A stretch of 64,000 bases of DNA from an uncultured Elusimicrobium sp. (GCA_964415545.1 CAYQAU010000003.1:82427-146426); one strand, 5' to 3'. Counted from the first letter of the stretch, positions 22,301-31,286 are shown. Numbers and translations are program-made. Notes: a model not told the origin generated them from the sequence alone.

Positions 22301-25300
22301 TTCTTTAAGTGAAGTCAAATCAAGTAACGGGCTTGAAGGCAAAACGCCTTCTATAGATATTGTTTCAGATTATTCATACCAAAACCGCTCCCCCAATATT
22401 GAATTTTTGGGTGATGTTCTTAATGATAACGGCGATATTAATATCTATTCTTCAGGCAGTATACAGGCTAAAGGCAATATGCGCGCGCGCAATATCAATA
22501 TGGAAGCAAAAAAGAAGATAGTGCAGTCTTATGTATCAAACAGCTTCCTGCATGTGGCGGGCAATCCTTACGGGTACTGGGAGGATATTGCCTCCTCATC
22601 GGAAGCGGGGCAGACAAATACGACTGCCGGCGGGGAAGGCCGCGGCGGCGGTACCTCAATACTGGGCAATAATGTATTTTTAAGCGCGACATATCTTGAT
22701 ATTAACGGGCTTATCCAAAGCGGCACTAAAGACTTATATGTAGATATAGGTGATAGTTTTACGCTTTCAGGCAATGGCCTGACATTTGGCAGCATAGCTG
22801 ACGCGGTATCAGATTACTGGGTCCGCAAAAACAGGCATGAGGCCAATGTAAACGAGCTTTATGCAATAAACAGCAGCGGCAATATCGCGGCTTATTTTAA
22901 CGTGCTTGAAAACAGGATAGAAATTAAAGACGTTAAAGTTGACGGCGGCAAGCTGGAGCTTTTTGGCCATATCTTAAATACGGGCGGCAATGCCGGCGAG
23001 CTTAAGGTTTTAGACGGTTACGGCCGCATAAACGTAAACAATAATTCCGCCTATGAGCTTTTTGTAAACTCGCTTGACGCGGGCTCAAAGATAGAAGGCA
23101 CTATAAAGATTACCGATACCGCTAAGAAAGACGCCACGGGCGGCTTCCTTGAGACAATCTATAAAAGGATTGGCAATGACCTTGTAACAATGGACAGCAA
23201 TACGCGCGATGCAAACGGCAAAGCGTCTAATATAGTAAGTATTGTTTCAAACTCAAGGGAAACGGCTTATAACCCGCTTTCGGGCCAAAGGTATTATTGG
23301 AATACCGGCAAGGAAAAAATTAAAGAAACCACCTATAAAAAAGAGCAAAAAGAGTTTTGGGGTATGGACTTCCTTGTCCCCGACGACAGCTATACTCTTG
23401 CCGATACGCGCTACTTGCAGGACCATTCCTTATATGAGGGCGAGTTTGTTAAAACGGGCCAGGATACCTCAAACGCATATACCTATACTTTTGAGAATAA
23501 GGAGATTATCCTCTACGATAAAGACGGCAACCCCGTAACGGATGAACAAGGTAACCCCGTACCTTTTAAAACTTATGATAAACGCTGGTCAACAACCACA
23601 GGGTGGTGGATATTCTCCACCAAAACCAATCATCACGAGGTTAAGTATGAGGAAGGCCGCAAAGAAATCAATACCCACAGCATCAAGGCCGATTACCCCG
23701 TAAAAATAAGTTTTGACGGTTATGATACAAGCGCGCTGGATATTAACTCCTCAAAATCCAATATCATATTAAACGGCCTCATAAATAATTCCGTGGGCGA
23801 TGTTAATATAACCGCTTCAAACGGGGCGATTAAATCTAACAGCGCAGACGCTTATATCAAAGGCAAAAACATAAACCTTAACGCTAAAGACGGCATCGGC
23901 GGAGCAAATGCCGTTAATATTGAACTGACGGGCGGCGCGGTAAATGCGCTTAGCGCGGCGGGCGATATTAACCTTGCTTCTGTTATGGGCAGCGATTTGG
24001 CGTTTAAGAATATCAGCACGGGCGCGGGCAATGTTTTACTGAAGTCGGAACGCTCTTTACGCGGCGCGGATTCTTCCTCCTTAATTAAAGCTGACGGCGT
24101 TACATTAGATGCGGTTATGGGCTCAATTGGTACGCAAGACGCCGCGCTTAACACCGATACTAAACGCCTTAGCGCATCTGCGCAAGATGATATAAATATA
24201 AAGAATATCTCTTCTTCGGATTTAGGCGTCGGCTCCATAGAATCTAAAGGCGGCGATGTTATACTTGAAGCTAAAGGCGGGGTGTATGACGACAATAAAA
24301 ATGAAGTTATAGACCAGCGCAGCAAGGAAGAGCTGTTAAACGGCTGGAACGCGCTTGACCTTATGGACGAGGACGGCGCAGGCTGGACGGAAGACCAGCT
24401 TACCTACAGGATAGACGCAGCCAGCCTTGATAATAAAGTTAATACGCAGTATATGGTTGAGGACCCTAATATCAAGGGTAAAAATGTAACCGTAAAAGCA
24501 GGCGGCTCCATAGGGCAAGACAGCGGAAGCGAAACCTTTAATATCGGTGACTTTAAGAATTTAAGCGACGATAAAAAGCTGCTTATAGCATCAGCCGAGC
24601 GGGATAATATCGTCTTCTCCGAAGACGGGCAGACGCTCACCGTCCTTAAAAGGGAGGATTTTGATATCCACGCCGACAAAGTTAATCTTAACGCCAACGG
24701 CTTTATTTACCTTGGCGCGGAACAGGATATTAATGTTGGCGGCATTAATGCGGGCGCGGGCCATAATATAACAATTATGGGCGCAGGCGGCGTATATAAT
24801 GTGCTTGAAGATGACGGCGTAAATATAACAGGCAATAATCTTACCCTTGAAGCGGCTGACGGGGATATCGGCTCAGCCCAAAAGGCTTTGAACATTGCCT
24901 TGACGGGCAAAATAAACGCGCGTTCAGCGGGCGATATTTATTTGAAAACGCCTTCATCACTTGCCATAGATTATATCTTTGCGCAAGGCCGCGCTGATAT
25001 TGCGGCGCAGGGCGCGTTAAGCGATGCGCGCGGCGATGAACTGGTTAATATCCGCGCTCACGGTATTAATCTTAATGCAGGCTCCATAGGCGGCGCGGGC
25101 AATATGCTGGGCATTGTTGTGGAGCAAGGGGAGCAAGGCCTTAATACGCTTTTAGCCAATACGGTTGGGGACGCTAATATCCTTAACGCCGAGGCAAAAG
25201 CGCTTTATATTACAGGCATAACATCAGGCGGCAATATCAAGCTTGCAAGTAATGGCGGCGGTATTTTAAACGCAGGGGACGCAGCCCTTATTGATGCTGC

Positions 25301-26363
25301 GGGCGATATTAATCTTGCATGCAATAATTGTAATATCGGGCTGGAGCAAGATAAGCTTAACCTAAATGCGGGCGGCGATATTTTTGCGCAGGCCGCAGGT
25401 ATTTACGGCAATATTTTAAATGCGCATAATATTAACCTTGAAGCGGAAAATGATATTAATATATCGGCCTCGGAGTCCGAGCTTATATCAGCGACGGCGG
25501 GCGGCGATATATTGGTTGCTTCTTCAGGTTCGCAAAGCAATATCGGCGATATAACTGCGGGGCGTGATATTGATATTTATTCATCCGCCGCTGATTTGGT
25601 TTTAAAAGGCGCGGTTAAGGCGGAGAACGGAGCCGCCGTACTTGGCGGCGCGGCCTCAATATATTCTGCCGGCGGCGCATTTGTAAGGGCAAGGGATATT
25701 AACCTTACGGCGCTAAACGGCGCAATAGGCGCGGCGGATAATCCGCTTAGGGTTGAAGGTTCCGCAACGGGCCCTTCGTCCTTAAACGCAAAGGCTGACG
25801 GCGGTATTTATTTGACGGGTTTTGATAATGACTTAAAAGTTAATCAGCTTGCGTCTGTAAATAGCGATATTTCTATTATTACCGATAAAGATATCAAAGT
25901 TAATGATATGGGCGGGCTTGCCAATATCACGGCAAATAATATTACACTGCACTCCACAGACGGCAGCGTCGGCGCGCTTGATAATATGGTTACGGTTGAC
26001 GTCAATAATGAAGGCGGCCTTGTTAATGTTATCGGCGCAGACGGTATATATTTAAGGCAGTTAAGGCATACCTTTAATTCCGATTATATAAGGAACACAA
26101 GGTCTGGCGACGTTAATTTACAAGTTCCGTTTAATGATGTTAAAATTAAGGACGTCCAAAAGCAAGGCGCGTTTAATATAATGCTTACGGGCAATACGCA
26201 CGTAAATAATATTACGCTTTTTGAAAAGAATGTTAAAAAGGTGATAAGCGACGGCGTTTATAACCGCCGCCCTGCGGGCGATTTATCGGCAAAGCTTAAG
26301 ATATTTGATAATGAGCTGCCGCACGTAGGTTATGAGGACGAGCCTGCTAAGATGATGGAGTAA
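13311..26363 (+). CDS. giant TpsA exoprotein (filamentous haemagglutinin / FhaB-like adhesin), 4350 aa
   Basis: Signal peptide followed by a TPS secretion domain (FNNFDVYSGHTANLY ... NVFFLNPNGIAVG, with the NPNGI motif). Several kb of G/A/S/N/I-rich beta-helix repeats follow. The protein is paired with the TpsB gene. Confidence 0.9.
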   Translation: MFKKIISLTLSYTLLYSSVFGAMITPDGKTNTTVNVNGNVSDVHTSTVSGNTGFNSFNNFDVYSGHTANLYLPDGTKNLINLVHDKASNIDGVLNAYKDGRIGGNVFFLNPNGIAVGAGGIINVGALTLATPTKEFMDNVISADRRVSSQLTKAILAGDMPINPLGLISVKGKINAAYGAGLHGGDIINSGDIRTNFEIGDIVNIDDKNLQSEVLVKDGRVIITAKNNFINEGSIIADGGPNKNAADISVNAGGDIGLKSGVISASGEGENSNGGNIHLWAEGQSVFNNGAQLLAKGGQSGDGGFIELSAKKLVDLAGGVFDASSSLGKMGTVFVDPEDIIISEDFASSGANYVMEAANSITLKNGKKVVTSKSGANSGNVSLTAKDITLEDNSVIDASAEAGKTAGNITLTAKDMSDGYMAKTNAASITLGENVSLKGNDISLISKADNTRLFDDDSTAASVGEFTIGELGDTTLFGGAIITDVNSSITIGKNSKLDAKGNIDINSTAAADGSMRALGTGAAAVYGESDVNSKVDVKEGATISAGGNVSISSKADSSLDVSAMSVSTANTPVPADGALAIGKMTVDNNVNLAAGSSVSGKDITIDATTDKNMSVSSFSGAFDDGYAAASVTYSKSNVNNGVDTAANLNSTGTTNINSAINSIKNKSSASAGTGTSAIVGVFLKGMHFAHDKIGSWIKGKNVQTNNQSNVKVGLSAALSYSDQNNTSTAKAGGSIKSDGGINVKSSIIDGEVRQAANASVDSKAGKHEKENAAAGSVGIASFNNNSAAYIAEGAVVDAKGAINVDSSVSLPFEITWHKIEGVGDVIDKINGNGGLQNGFFTTWAKSDVSTNEGEELGKFGLAGAVNIADFNSTSNAYIASGAKINEAAAYKSGAQDVKVTSGVDVSTLNMAGIWGITGAGTKSKVGLGGSYQQIAYNSNSSAQILGDAKVNANNLEVSSDIDQRNISIAEAGGKSETFGFEGAFDWLKSDTNSTASVSKDAQVAIEGEGTQSDKVIISAKDNIDMFNIAGGVTKTQNVGIGASVSISDITRNTNAFIGDAFDAANPVVRTTDGFFKSDKTIDISAQNTGDIYAYSLAGVIQNDKKEGEADSDIGYDPEEGASQAKGGGGKFGVGISGDVSYNNIEGASKAYINGADVYAAKDLSISAKDDSWINSVAGAVSLVLGKGTSVGFAGSASTNFVRNNAAAFINDSSVSMLNTTAVAKDIANNFISTGGGKLELSSLSAAEIIAVAASGSLANPSSKGGALAGSVTVNDVENTSSSYIKGSTVDSSASNLAEALGLSAVDNSKIVAVAGALGAAGTVGIGSSTGVNEISNITEAYLDGSSVTTVNDIKLDAQNNSTITNVEGTVGAAKDGMAIAASVAVNEIGNTTSSYIKDGRTQSTGGSLSVAAKDSSNMTAVAGEISGAGKAAVGSSTAVSTIGNKVYAYADGAEILAEQNADFKSDSAYILKTAAAGGAGSQYASITGSVAVNNIDTLSKAYAKAADIKAQGSAGFSAKSKNEINFYGGTIDGAAGLGLGGTVVVNNISDKAYAQVSDGSTLNIYGKHALTGEEKGLFILSEVDDDINTWMFNLAGGGVGVAASVDVTNIDNISVAEVSGSSVNQTPAALGTDLSGQNIKVNADNTADVEVYGGSIAGGGTAGIGAVADTVMFDNITKAGISGSEVSAAGDIGVNTQSIERYNSILMSGGGAATAGIAGNAVTALFNNNNNAYIKNSTVNNSGNTTVMAKDTVELGRKNGQDFAVAVGALAGGATAGIGGSVLVSSIKNKTKAAITDSTINTGKSLKVSAQAAQDIVSYIPTASLSGQAGIAASVGVNTIDSETEAYIDETASGSTVINGDAAKASNAQDVEVSAQSSSRIQNTIATVGAGVTGVGVGAGIGVSTINGKVSSGIGAGAQVNAKRNIKVESKNTRKVNDTAISGAAGFYGAANGSVLVTNIGSNLDGDSKSVTDGMQGTLNEHLKSNGKITKETFGRGGLLDDTAQSMQTFIADVNDVFTDKVLDDKGTNAFIGANARVSAGNKLEVLANDIVKTDLLAGGAGLGGYLSVGASVAIVNNTTSTKAFIGDNAELSSLSELTLKANSEVQNSDIKAFIGQGSLYAALGAVVAKVNSNNNTLAYLSDYVKITGSGAINISAQSKANIHAQTVGVAAAGLVAAGASIADVNKEGNTSAYTGEEATVENSASLNLKASSDSDITAEAEAGSGGIVSGIGAEADASVKDKVSAKIGKKNIIKTSGNVSVLTEGQAASTAKTYGVDVGGLAVGVSLADSEIKLDNKAEIARESVIDAGSVTVAAEQKKAKTLVDAFAASGALIGGAGATATSKVSGDVLANIHSKNNITAQNGITFKSKSNTDQTTKSTFYGGAVISAGVNKSDVLSDVDVKTLLNDGIDAKGSKIEISAEGSDTLYAKAVSGSGGALSASAAMADTANTSSSKVEIGAKEAQDASETLNNNITAKEVYFTASNTTNQDSEVDSRNGGIIHAGGAAANNTSEQSVAIDLKDRALGSTNITASHFKAEALNNYNKNLVDGANVYSGSGGALDVPITQSITTINNYTDITFGNGNNVATVSDDANTSSFLVNALNNIKADDKVLLKSGGLVVVPIVTSQIANNNNKARITVNNANLTSADDMVLNTKADVDIAAGADLNIYGGISVAAGKSLAKTVIGNEINLNSGAKLKSDGDVYFTFSQPKTQSNSPFDNTGRAYIRASGITNIWNTTALAFNADSQAKGDIFVNNNLNINGGSVVESSRDISVNGVKALMSATGLLDMTSPLGSLAASDKATSVETQDTTNVKVDGGLFAGVNNKIKLTIGADRTVTIDGGIMPGYKISKELLSNNIIDEIERLRVLKAQYSVSEVSAAAYQAEINRLESELVALGQVDSDGLIMGEVPVDIMEFDNIRANMGDIKINADNITGVGTLCAPGSAEVSIRNYSDLFLRFKDISIDKTSTGSIYYNGALVKTAQDIANANITHKEPSLSEVKSSNGLEGKTPSIDIVSDYSYQNRSPNIEFLGDVLNDNGDINIYSSGSIQAKGNMRARNINMEAKKKIVQSYVSNSFLHVAGNPYGYWEDIASSSEAGQTNTTAGGEGRGGGTSILGNNVFLSATYLDINGLIQSGTKDLYVDIGDSFTLSGNGLTFGSIADAVSDYWVRKNRHEANVNELYAINSSGNIAAYFNVLENRIEIKDVKVDGGKLELFGHILNTGGNAGELKVLDGYGRINVNNNSAYELFVNSLDAGSKIEGTIKITDTAKKDATGGFLETIYKRIGNDLVTMDSNTRDANGKASNIVSIVSNSRETAYNPLSGQRYYWNTGKEKIKETTYKKEQKEFWGMDFLVPDDSYTLADTRYLQDHSLYEGEFVKTGQDTSNAYTYTFENKEIILYDKDGNPVTDEQGNPVPFKTYDKRWSTTTGWWIFSTKTNHHEVKYEEGRKEINTHSIKADYPVKISFDGYDTSALDINSSKSNIILNGLINNSVGDVNITASNGAIKSNSADAYIKGKNINLNAKDGIGGANAVNIELTGGAVNALSAAGDINLASVMGSDLAFKNISTGAGNVLLKSERSLRGADSSSLIKADGVTLDAVMGSIGTQDAALNTDTKRLSASAQDDINIKNISSSDLGVGSIESKGGDVILEAKGGVYDDNKNEVIDQRSKEELLNGWNALDLMDEDGAGWTEDQLTYRIDAASLDNKVNTQYMVEDPNIKGKNVTVKAGGSIGQDSGSETFNIGDFKNLSDDKKLLIASAERDNIVFSEDGQTLTVLKREDFDIHADKVNLNANGFIYLGAEQDINVGGINAGAGHNITIMGAGGVYNVLEDDGVNITGNNLTLEAADGDIGSAQKALNIALTGKINARSAGDIYLKTPSSLAIDYIFAQGRADIAAQGALSDARGDELVNIRAHGINLNAGSIGGAGNMLGIVVEQGEQGLNTLLANTVGDANILNAEAKALYITGITSGGNIKLASNGGGILNAGDAALIDAAGDINLACNNCNIGLEQDKLNLNAGGDIFAQAAGIYGNILNAHNINLEAENDINISASESELISATAGGDILVASSGSQSNIGDITAGRDIDIYSSAADLVLKGAVKAENGAAVLGGAASIYSAGGAFVRARDINLTALNGAIGAADNPLRVEGSATGPSSLNAKADGGIYLTGFDNDLKVNQLASVNSDISIITDKDIKVNDMGGLANITANNITLHSTDGSVGALDNMVTVDVNNEGGLVNVIGADGIYLRQLRHTFNSDYIRNTRSGDVNLQVPFNDVKIKDVQKQGAFNIMLTGNTHVNNITLFEKNVKKVISDGVYNRRPAGDLSAKLKIFDNELPHVGYEDEPAKMME

Positions 26364-26383
26364 AACGCTGTTTAAGTTTTTAA

Positions 26384-26411
26384 AAGGGCCCGGATAAAGG
26401 GCCCTTTTTTT
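26384..26411 (+). terminator. intrinsic terminator after tpsA
   Basis: GGGCCC-ggataaa-GGGCCC hairpin (26386-26404) followed by T7 (26405-26411). Confidence 0.75.
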
Positions 26412-26459
26412 GCCGCTTTTGGCGTAAAGTATTATAATAATACAGAAGAGGATTATTAT

Positions 26460-27536
26460 ATGCAACAAATTATTAATACAAAAAGAGTTGTGTGGCTTGA
26501 TATTTTGCGCGTGCTTTCCGCCTTGGCGATTGTTTTTATACATACTTCAACCGCTGTTATTGAAAATTTAGAGTATGGGTCTTTCAATTGGTTCAGCGCG
26601 GACGCTTATCTGGCTTTTGCCAGGTACGCGGTCCCCGTTTTTGTTATGATAAGCGGCGTGTTTTTCCTTTCGCCCGACAAAGATATAAATATCAAAAATA
26701 TATATACAAAATATATCTTCAGGATGCTGACGGCGCTGCTTGGCTGGGCTTTGATACGCACGCTTGTAATCAGCGTTGGCTTAGGCGCGCAGCCCGCAGA
26801 TAAATGGGCGTGCGCGTTTTATACATCAATAAAAATGTTTTGGTTTTTGCCTATGATTATAGGCCTGTATGCCGTTACGCCGTTTTTGCGCCCGCTTACT
26901 GCGCTTAAAAATAAAGCTTTGCTTGAGTATTTTATAATTCTAAGCTTCTTCCTTGCGCTTTGTTTACCGGTCGCTGCGGGCATTATTCAGGCGTATTTTC
27001 CCAAAACTGTGCTGTTGGCTGATTTTACTACGCTTATAAAAATACCTATGTTTATCTTCGGCGCGCATTTTGTGTTTGGTTACTATGCCTATAATTATGA
27101 CTTAAGCCGTAAGCTAAAAACTTCTATCTACGCCGCGGCCGTTATATCAGGTTTGCTTATGGCGGCGGGAACTTATGCTTTTTGGGGGGATAAAGCTTCA
27201 AAAATATTCTTCTATTCTATGCACGGGGCAAGCCTTTCGCCTCTGGCATTCCTTTTAGGCGCGGGCGTATTTGTGTTTTGTAAAGACTTCTTGGGCACAA
27301 TAAAGTTTGGGGACAAAGCTGTCCGTCTTATTGAGCAACTTGCCTACTACAGCTTGGGCGTTTACCTTCTACATATTATTATTGTGGAGGTTTTGGCGCA
27401 TTACGGGCTGTTTAAGTATTTGGATTTTTGCGGGCTCATCATTATCCCGCTTGCCGCGTGCGCAATATTTTTGGCGGCTAATCTGATTATAGCTTTACTG
27501 TATAAAATAAAACTGTTCAGGAAGTACTGCCTGTAA
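26460..27536 (+). CDS. acyltransferase family 3 integral membrane protein
   Basis: 358 aa with about 10 TM helices. The N-terminal WLDILRVLSALAIVFIH is typical of Acyl_transf_3 (OafA-like). Confidence 0.75.
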   Translation: MQQIINTKRVVWLDILRVLSALAIVFIHTSTAVIENLEYGSFNWFSADAYLAFARYAVPVFVMISGVFFLSPDKDINIKNIYTKYIFRMLTALLGWALIRTLVISVGLGAQPADKWACAFYTSIKMFWFLPMIIGLYAVTPFLRPLTALKNKALLEYFIILSFFLALCLPVAAGIIQAYFPKTVLLADFTTLIKIPMFIFGAHFVFGYYAYNYDLSRKLKTSIYAAAVISGLLMAAGTYAFWGDKASKIFFYSMHGASLSPLAFLLGAGVFVFCKDFLGTIKFGDKAVRLIEQLAYYSLGVYLLHIIIVEVLAHYGLFKYLDFCGLIIIPLAACAIFLAANLIIALLYKIKLFRKYCL

Positions 27537-27607
27537 TTGCTATTGTGCAAATTTCAGATAAAAGTAAAAGGCGCATAGCGTATTATTAAGTTTTTTGGCT
27601 TGCAGGT

Positions 27608-27636
27608 TTGTAAATGCGGGGGATGTTTGTTATAAT
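27608..27636 (+). promoter_or_regulatory. sigma70-like promoter upstream of kamA
   Basis: TTGTAA (27608-27613), a 17-nt spacer, then TATAAT (27631-27636). This would give a leader of roughly 110 nt before the ATG at 27753. Confidence 0.45.
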
Positions 27637-27752
27637 AAAAAAATACATCCTCTGCCTAATTTTACGCGCCCGCCGTGGTGTCAATACAAAAAATCTAAAT
27701 TATCCCCCCCAATTGGCATATTTAAATTTTGCAGAATTTCAGGAGGCCCCCT

Positions 27753-29069
27753 ATGGATAAACCCGTTACAAATAAGATAAGGCGTATTGCCGCCAAAATT
27801 TCGCCTACAGAGAATCCTGCGTGCTGGTATGACTGGCGTTGGCAGGTAAAAAATACTATTAAGGATATCGCTTCTTTTGAAAGTATTACAGGCATCAAAT
27901 TTACGGAAGAAGAAAGGGCGCAGCTGCAAAAAACTATTGCTAAATTTCCGCTTTCAATTACGCCTTACTATATCACTAAAATAAATGTCGCAGATTATAA
28001 GAATGACCCTGTTTTTAAACAGGCATTCCCAAACCCGAGCGAGCTTACTATAACCAAAGCCGATATGGAGGACCCGCTTTACGAGGACGCCGATAGCCCC
28101 GTCAGCGGCATTACGCACCGTTATCCCGACAGGGCCTTATTCCATATCAGCAATAAATGCGCTATGTACTGCCGCCATTGCACCCGCAAACGCAAGGTTG
28201 GCGATATTGATTTGACGCCCACAAAAGAAGAAATTTTAAAAGGTATAGAATATATCCGCAATAATTCTGTGATAAGGGATGTTCTGCTTTCAGGCGGGGA
28301 CCCTTTTATGCTAAGCGATGAGTTTTTAGATTGGATATTAACTGAAATAAAGGCTATCAAACATATTGAGGTTGTGCGTATAGGGACCAGGGTTCCCGTC
28401 GTACTGCCTTACCGCGTAACGGATAATCTGGTAAAGGTGCTTAAAAAGCATTCCCCGCTTTGGATAAACACGCATTTTAACCACCCGCGTGAGCTTACCG
28501 GGGATTCCATAGCGGCATTGGATAAACTTTCAGACGCAGGCATCCCGCTGGGCAATCAGTCTGTGCTGTTGGCGGGTGTCAATGACTGCGTGCATATAAT
28601 GAAAAAGCTTGTCAGGAAGCTTGTACAAAACCGCGTGCGCCCATACTATTTGTACCAGTGTGATTTGAGTATGGGGCTTTCACACTTCAGGACGCCGGTA
28701 GGCAAGGGGATTGAGATTATTGAGGGCCTGCGTGGCCATACCAGCGGTTTTGCCGTACCGATGTTTGTTATAGATGCGCCCGGCGGCGGCGGTAAAATAC
28801 CAGTAATGCCTAATTATGTTATTTCCCGCTCGGCAAATAAAATAGTATTGCGTAATTTTGAAGGTATTATAACCTCTTACCAGGAGCCTGATAATTACCA
28901 AAATAAAAACTGTGATATGGATTGCGCAAACTGCAGTTTAACGCTGGCTATGGAAGCGCCCGAGGAAGTTGATGCCGTAGGCATAAAAAAACTGCTGGAT
29001 GATTCTAATGATTCCATATCAATAATCCCTAAAGATATGGAGCGTATGGAGTCCAGAAACAATGAGTGA
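27753..29069 (+). CDS. kamA: lysine 2,3-aminomutase (radical SAM, KamA/AblA)
   Basis: The start is set at the ATG preceded by AGGAGG (27741-27746). Radical SAM motif [11 protein letters not shown] and the KamA family blocks LLSGGDP, RIGTR, HFNHPRE, NQSVLL and YYLYQCD are present. Confidence 0.9.
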   Translation: MDKPVTNKIRRIAAKISPTENPACWYDWRWQVKNTIKDIASFESITGIKFTEEERAQLQKTIAKFPLSITPYYITKINVADYKNDPVFKQAFPNPSELTITKADMEDPLYEDADSPVSGITHRYPDRALFHISNKCAMYCRHCTRKRKVGDIDLTPTKEEILKGIEYIRNNSVIRDVLLSGGDPFMLSDEFLDWILTEIKAIKHIEVVRIGTRVPVVLPYRVTDNLVKVLKKHSPLWINTHFNHPRELTGDSIAALDKLSDAGIPLGNQSVLLAGVNDCVHIMKKLVRKLVQNRVRPYYLYQCDLSMGLSHFRTPVGKGIEIIEGLRGHTSGFAVPMFVIDAPGGGGKIPVMPNYVISRSANKIVLRNFEGIITSYQEPDNYQNKNCDMDCANCSLTLAMEAPEEVDAVGIKKLLDDSNDSISIIPKDMERMESRNNE

Positions 29070-29898
29070 TACGCTTGAATTTTTTGGCCAATCTGTTTTG
29101 CAGCACGGTAAAGAGAGCGACCGCGTTTACCTGATGAAGCTTGATAAAAAAGACTTCCCCGCAGTTTTGGGATATATTAATGAACTTGCGCAGCGGGAAG
29201 GGTACTCTAAAATTATCGCAAAGGTGCACGGCGCGCTGGAGGCGGAGTTTATAAAAGACGGATACCGCCGTGAAGCTTTTATAAAAAGCTTTTATTGCGG
29301 GCGGGAGGATTGTTGCCTTATGGCCAAATATCCCTTTGAAGGCAGAGCTCTGACTCCACCTGTGCCAAACGCGAGGGAAACCGCTGCTTTTTATAAAACA
29401 TTTACTGCCGCTGCGCCGCCAAAAGAGATTGCGCCCGCTTTTAATATAAGGGCTTTGGCGCAGGCGGATATTCCTGTAATTACAGGGATTTATAAGAAGG
29501 TTTTTGACACATACCCCTTCCCCGTTTTTGAGGGTGGGTATATCGCCAAAACCATGAGGGAGGATGTAGACTACTTTGGTATTTTTGACGGCGGTATTTT
29601 GGCGGCAATCTGCTCGGCGGAGATGGACCGCCAAAATCAAAATGCGGAGATGACGGACTTTGCCGCCCTGCCGCAGTACAGGGGTAAAAGTTTGTCTTAT
29701 TTCCTGCTAAAAGCGGCGGAGGAATCCGCAGCGGCAAAAGGTATAAAAACTTTTTATACCATAGCAAGGCATAAGAATACGGGCGTAAATATTGTATTTG
29801 CAAAAAGCGGCTATAAATTTGGCGGGCTGCTGGGTAATAATACAAACATTTGCGGCGGGATAGAGAGTATGAATGTGTGGTTTAAAAAATTGTATTAA
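29062..29898 (+). CDS. ablB: GNAT acetyltransferase, putative beta-lysine N6-acetyltransferase
   Basis: 278 aa with an 8-nt overlap with kamA. The C-terminal GNAT core reads [20 protein letters not shown]...AKSGYKFGG. The kamA-adjacent arrangement matches the ablAB pair. Confidence 0.7.
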   Translation: MSDTLEFFGQSVLQHGKESDRVYLMKLDKKDFPAVLGYINELAQREGYSKIIAKVHGALEAEFIKDGYRREAFIKSFYCGREDCCLMAKYPFEGRALTPPVPNARETAAFYKTFTAAAPPKEIAPAFNIRALAQADIPVITGIYKKVFDTYPFPVFEGGYIAKTMREDVDYFGIFDGGILAAICSAEMDRQNQNAEMTDFAALPQYRGKSLSYFLLKAAEESAAAKGIKTFYTIARHKNTGVNIVFAKSGYKFGGLLGNNTNICGGIESMNVWFKKLY

Positions 29899-29974
29899 AT
29901 GTTTGGGTGTATTGACTTGGAGCGCCCTCCAGGGTGTAAAATAAGTATATACGCTTTGGCGGGGGAGAGATAAG

Positions 29975-31060
29975 ATGACTAAATTTCTTTTTGCTTTATT
30001 TATTATTTTTTTAATACTTTTCTTTTTGGCGCAGCCGGGTAAGAATTTGGATCAAAAGCGGATAGATTCTTCCCCAAACTTTAAGGAAGGCAAAGCGCAA
30101 AACTATAAAACTACGCCGATTATGACCGGCAAAGACGGCAAAACAAGCGCTATACTTAAATTATTTTCTGACGAACACAAACCGCAAAAACCTGTGCCCC
30201 ATATTAAAACGGATTTGCATAAACTTGATATTAATGAAGAAGTTTTAATATGGTTTGGCCATTCCTCAATGCTTGTGCAGAGCGGCGGTAAAAGGATATT
30301 GGCGGACCCTGTTTTATCTGAAGCGGCATCCCCCGTATCATTTTTTAATAAACCGTTTAAAGGTACTGATATATACCAAGCTGCCGATATACCCGAGATA
30401 GATTACCTGATTATAACGCATGACCATTATGACCACCTAAGCAAAAAAACGCTGCAGGGTATCCGCCAGAAAGTCAAAAAAGTAATAACGCCGCTTGGCG
30501 TAGGCAGATATTTAAAGAGCTGGGGCTATCCGGAAGATAAAATTGCTGAACTTGACTGGGACGAAAGCTATGACCTCGGTAACGGGTTTAAGATATATGC
30601 TTTGCCTGCGCGGCACTTTTCAGGCAGGGGGATAATGAGCCGGTATTCAACGCTTTGGGCTTCATTCCTGCTTGAAACGCCAAAGCATAAAATCTTTTTT
30701 AGCGGGGATTCCGGCTACGGGGAACATTTTAAGGATATCGGGCAGCGCTTTGGGGATATAGACCTGGCGTTTATGGAAAGCGGGCAGTATGACTTACGGT
30801 GGAAGTATATACATATGCTGCCGCAGGAGACCGTGCAGGCCACAGAGGATATCAAGGCAAAATATATGATGCCGGTACATAATTCCAAATACAAATTATC
30901 GGAACACGATTGGAACGAGCCCCTTAAACAGATAACTAAAAATATAGAGGGGAAAGATATTATTTTAATGATGCCGCTAATCGGGGCGAAAATACCGCTG
31001 TGGAACGCCGATTATAAATACAGCCGATGGTGGGAAGAAGACATTATTTTGTGTAGATAA
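29975..31060 (+). CDS. MBL-fold metallo-hydrolase with N-terminal membrane anchor
   Basis: HxHxDH motif (ITHDHYDHL) and an N-terminal hydrophobic helix. This is the last gene of the higher-GC segment. Confidence 0.75.
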   Translation: MTKFLFALFIIFLILFFLAQPGKNLDQKRIDSSPNFKEGKAQNYKTTPIMTGKDGKTSAILKLFSDEHKPQKPVPHIKTDLHKLDINEEVLIWFGHSSMLVQSGGKRILADPVLSEAASPVSFFNKPFKGTDIYQAADIPEIDYLIITHDHYDHLSKKTLQGIRQKVKKVITPLGVGRYLKSWGYPEDKIAELDWDESYDLGNGFKIYALPARHFSGRGIMSRYSTLWASFLLETPKHKIFFSGDSGYGEHFKDIGQRFGDIDLAFMESGQYDLRWKYIHMLPQETVQATEDIKAKYMMPVHNSKYKLSEHDWNEPLKQITKNIEGKDIILMMPLIGAKIPLWNADYKYSRWWEEDIILCR

Positions 31061-31286
31061 GATAAAGCCAGTATCCCAAACACAAGGTGATTATATGTTG
31101 TTTTCAGTTGGGCGGAAAAAGTCTATATTCTCCCTGATATCGGTGAAATTATAGCTTGTTAGTGCCTGTCTTATGCCTAAAGACGCCTTTTTATTGCCTT
31201 GATTAGAGGGTTTTTAAAAGATATATTGTTGACTTTAGGTTGCTGTTGTTAATTGAGATAAGCTGTTTTATTAACTTGATGTAAGT

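Noticed and set aside
13598-24910. Roughly twenty-five minus-strand and off-frame ORFs of 60-188 aa inside the tpsA gene, for example 16730-17296, 18002-18499 and 23852-24325.
   Set aside because: They lie entirely within a 13-kb ORF with clear TPS and repeat homology. Their low-complexity P/A/S/L-rich translations are the expected antisense reading of GGN/GCN-rich repeat codons.
25900-26363. CdiA-type C-terminal toxin plus immunity gene at the end of tpsA.
   Set aside because: There is no VENN-like or other pretoxin motif. The C-terminus continues the repeat style, and no small ORF follows before the terminator.
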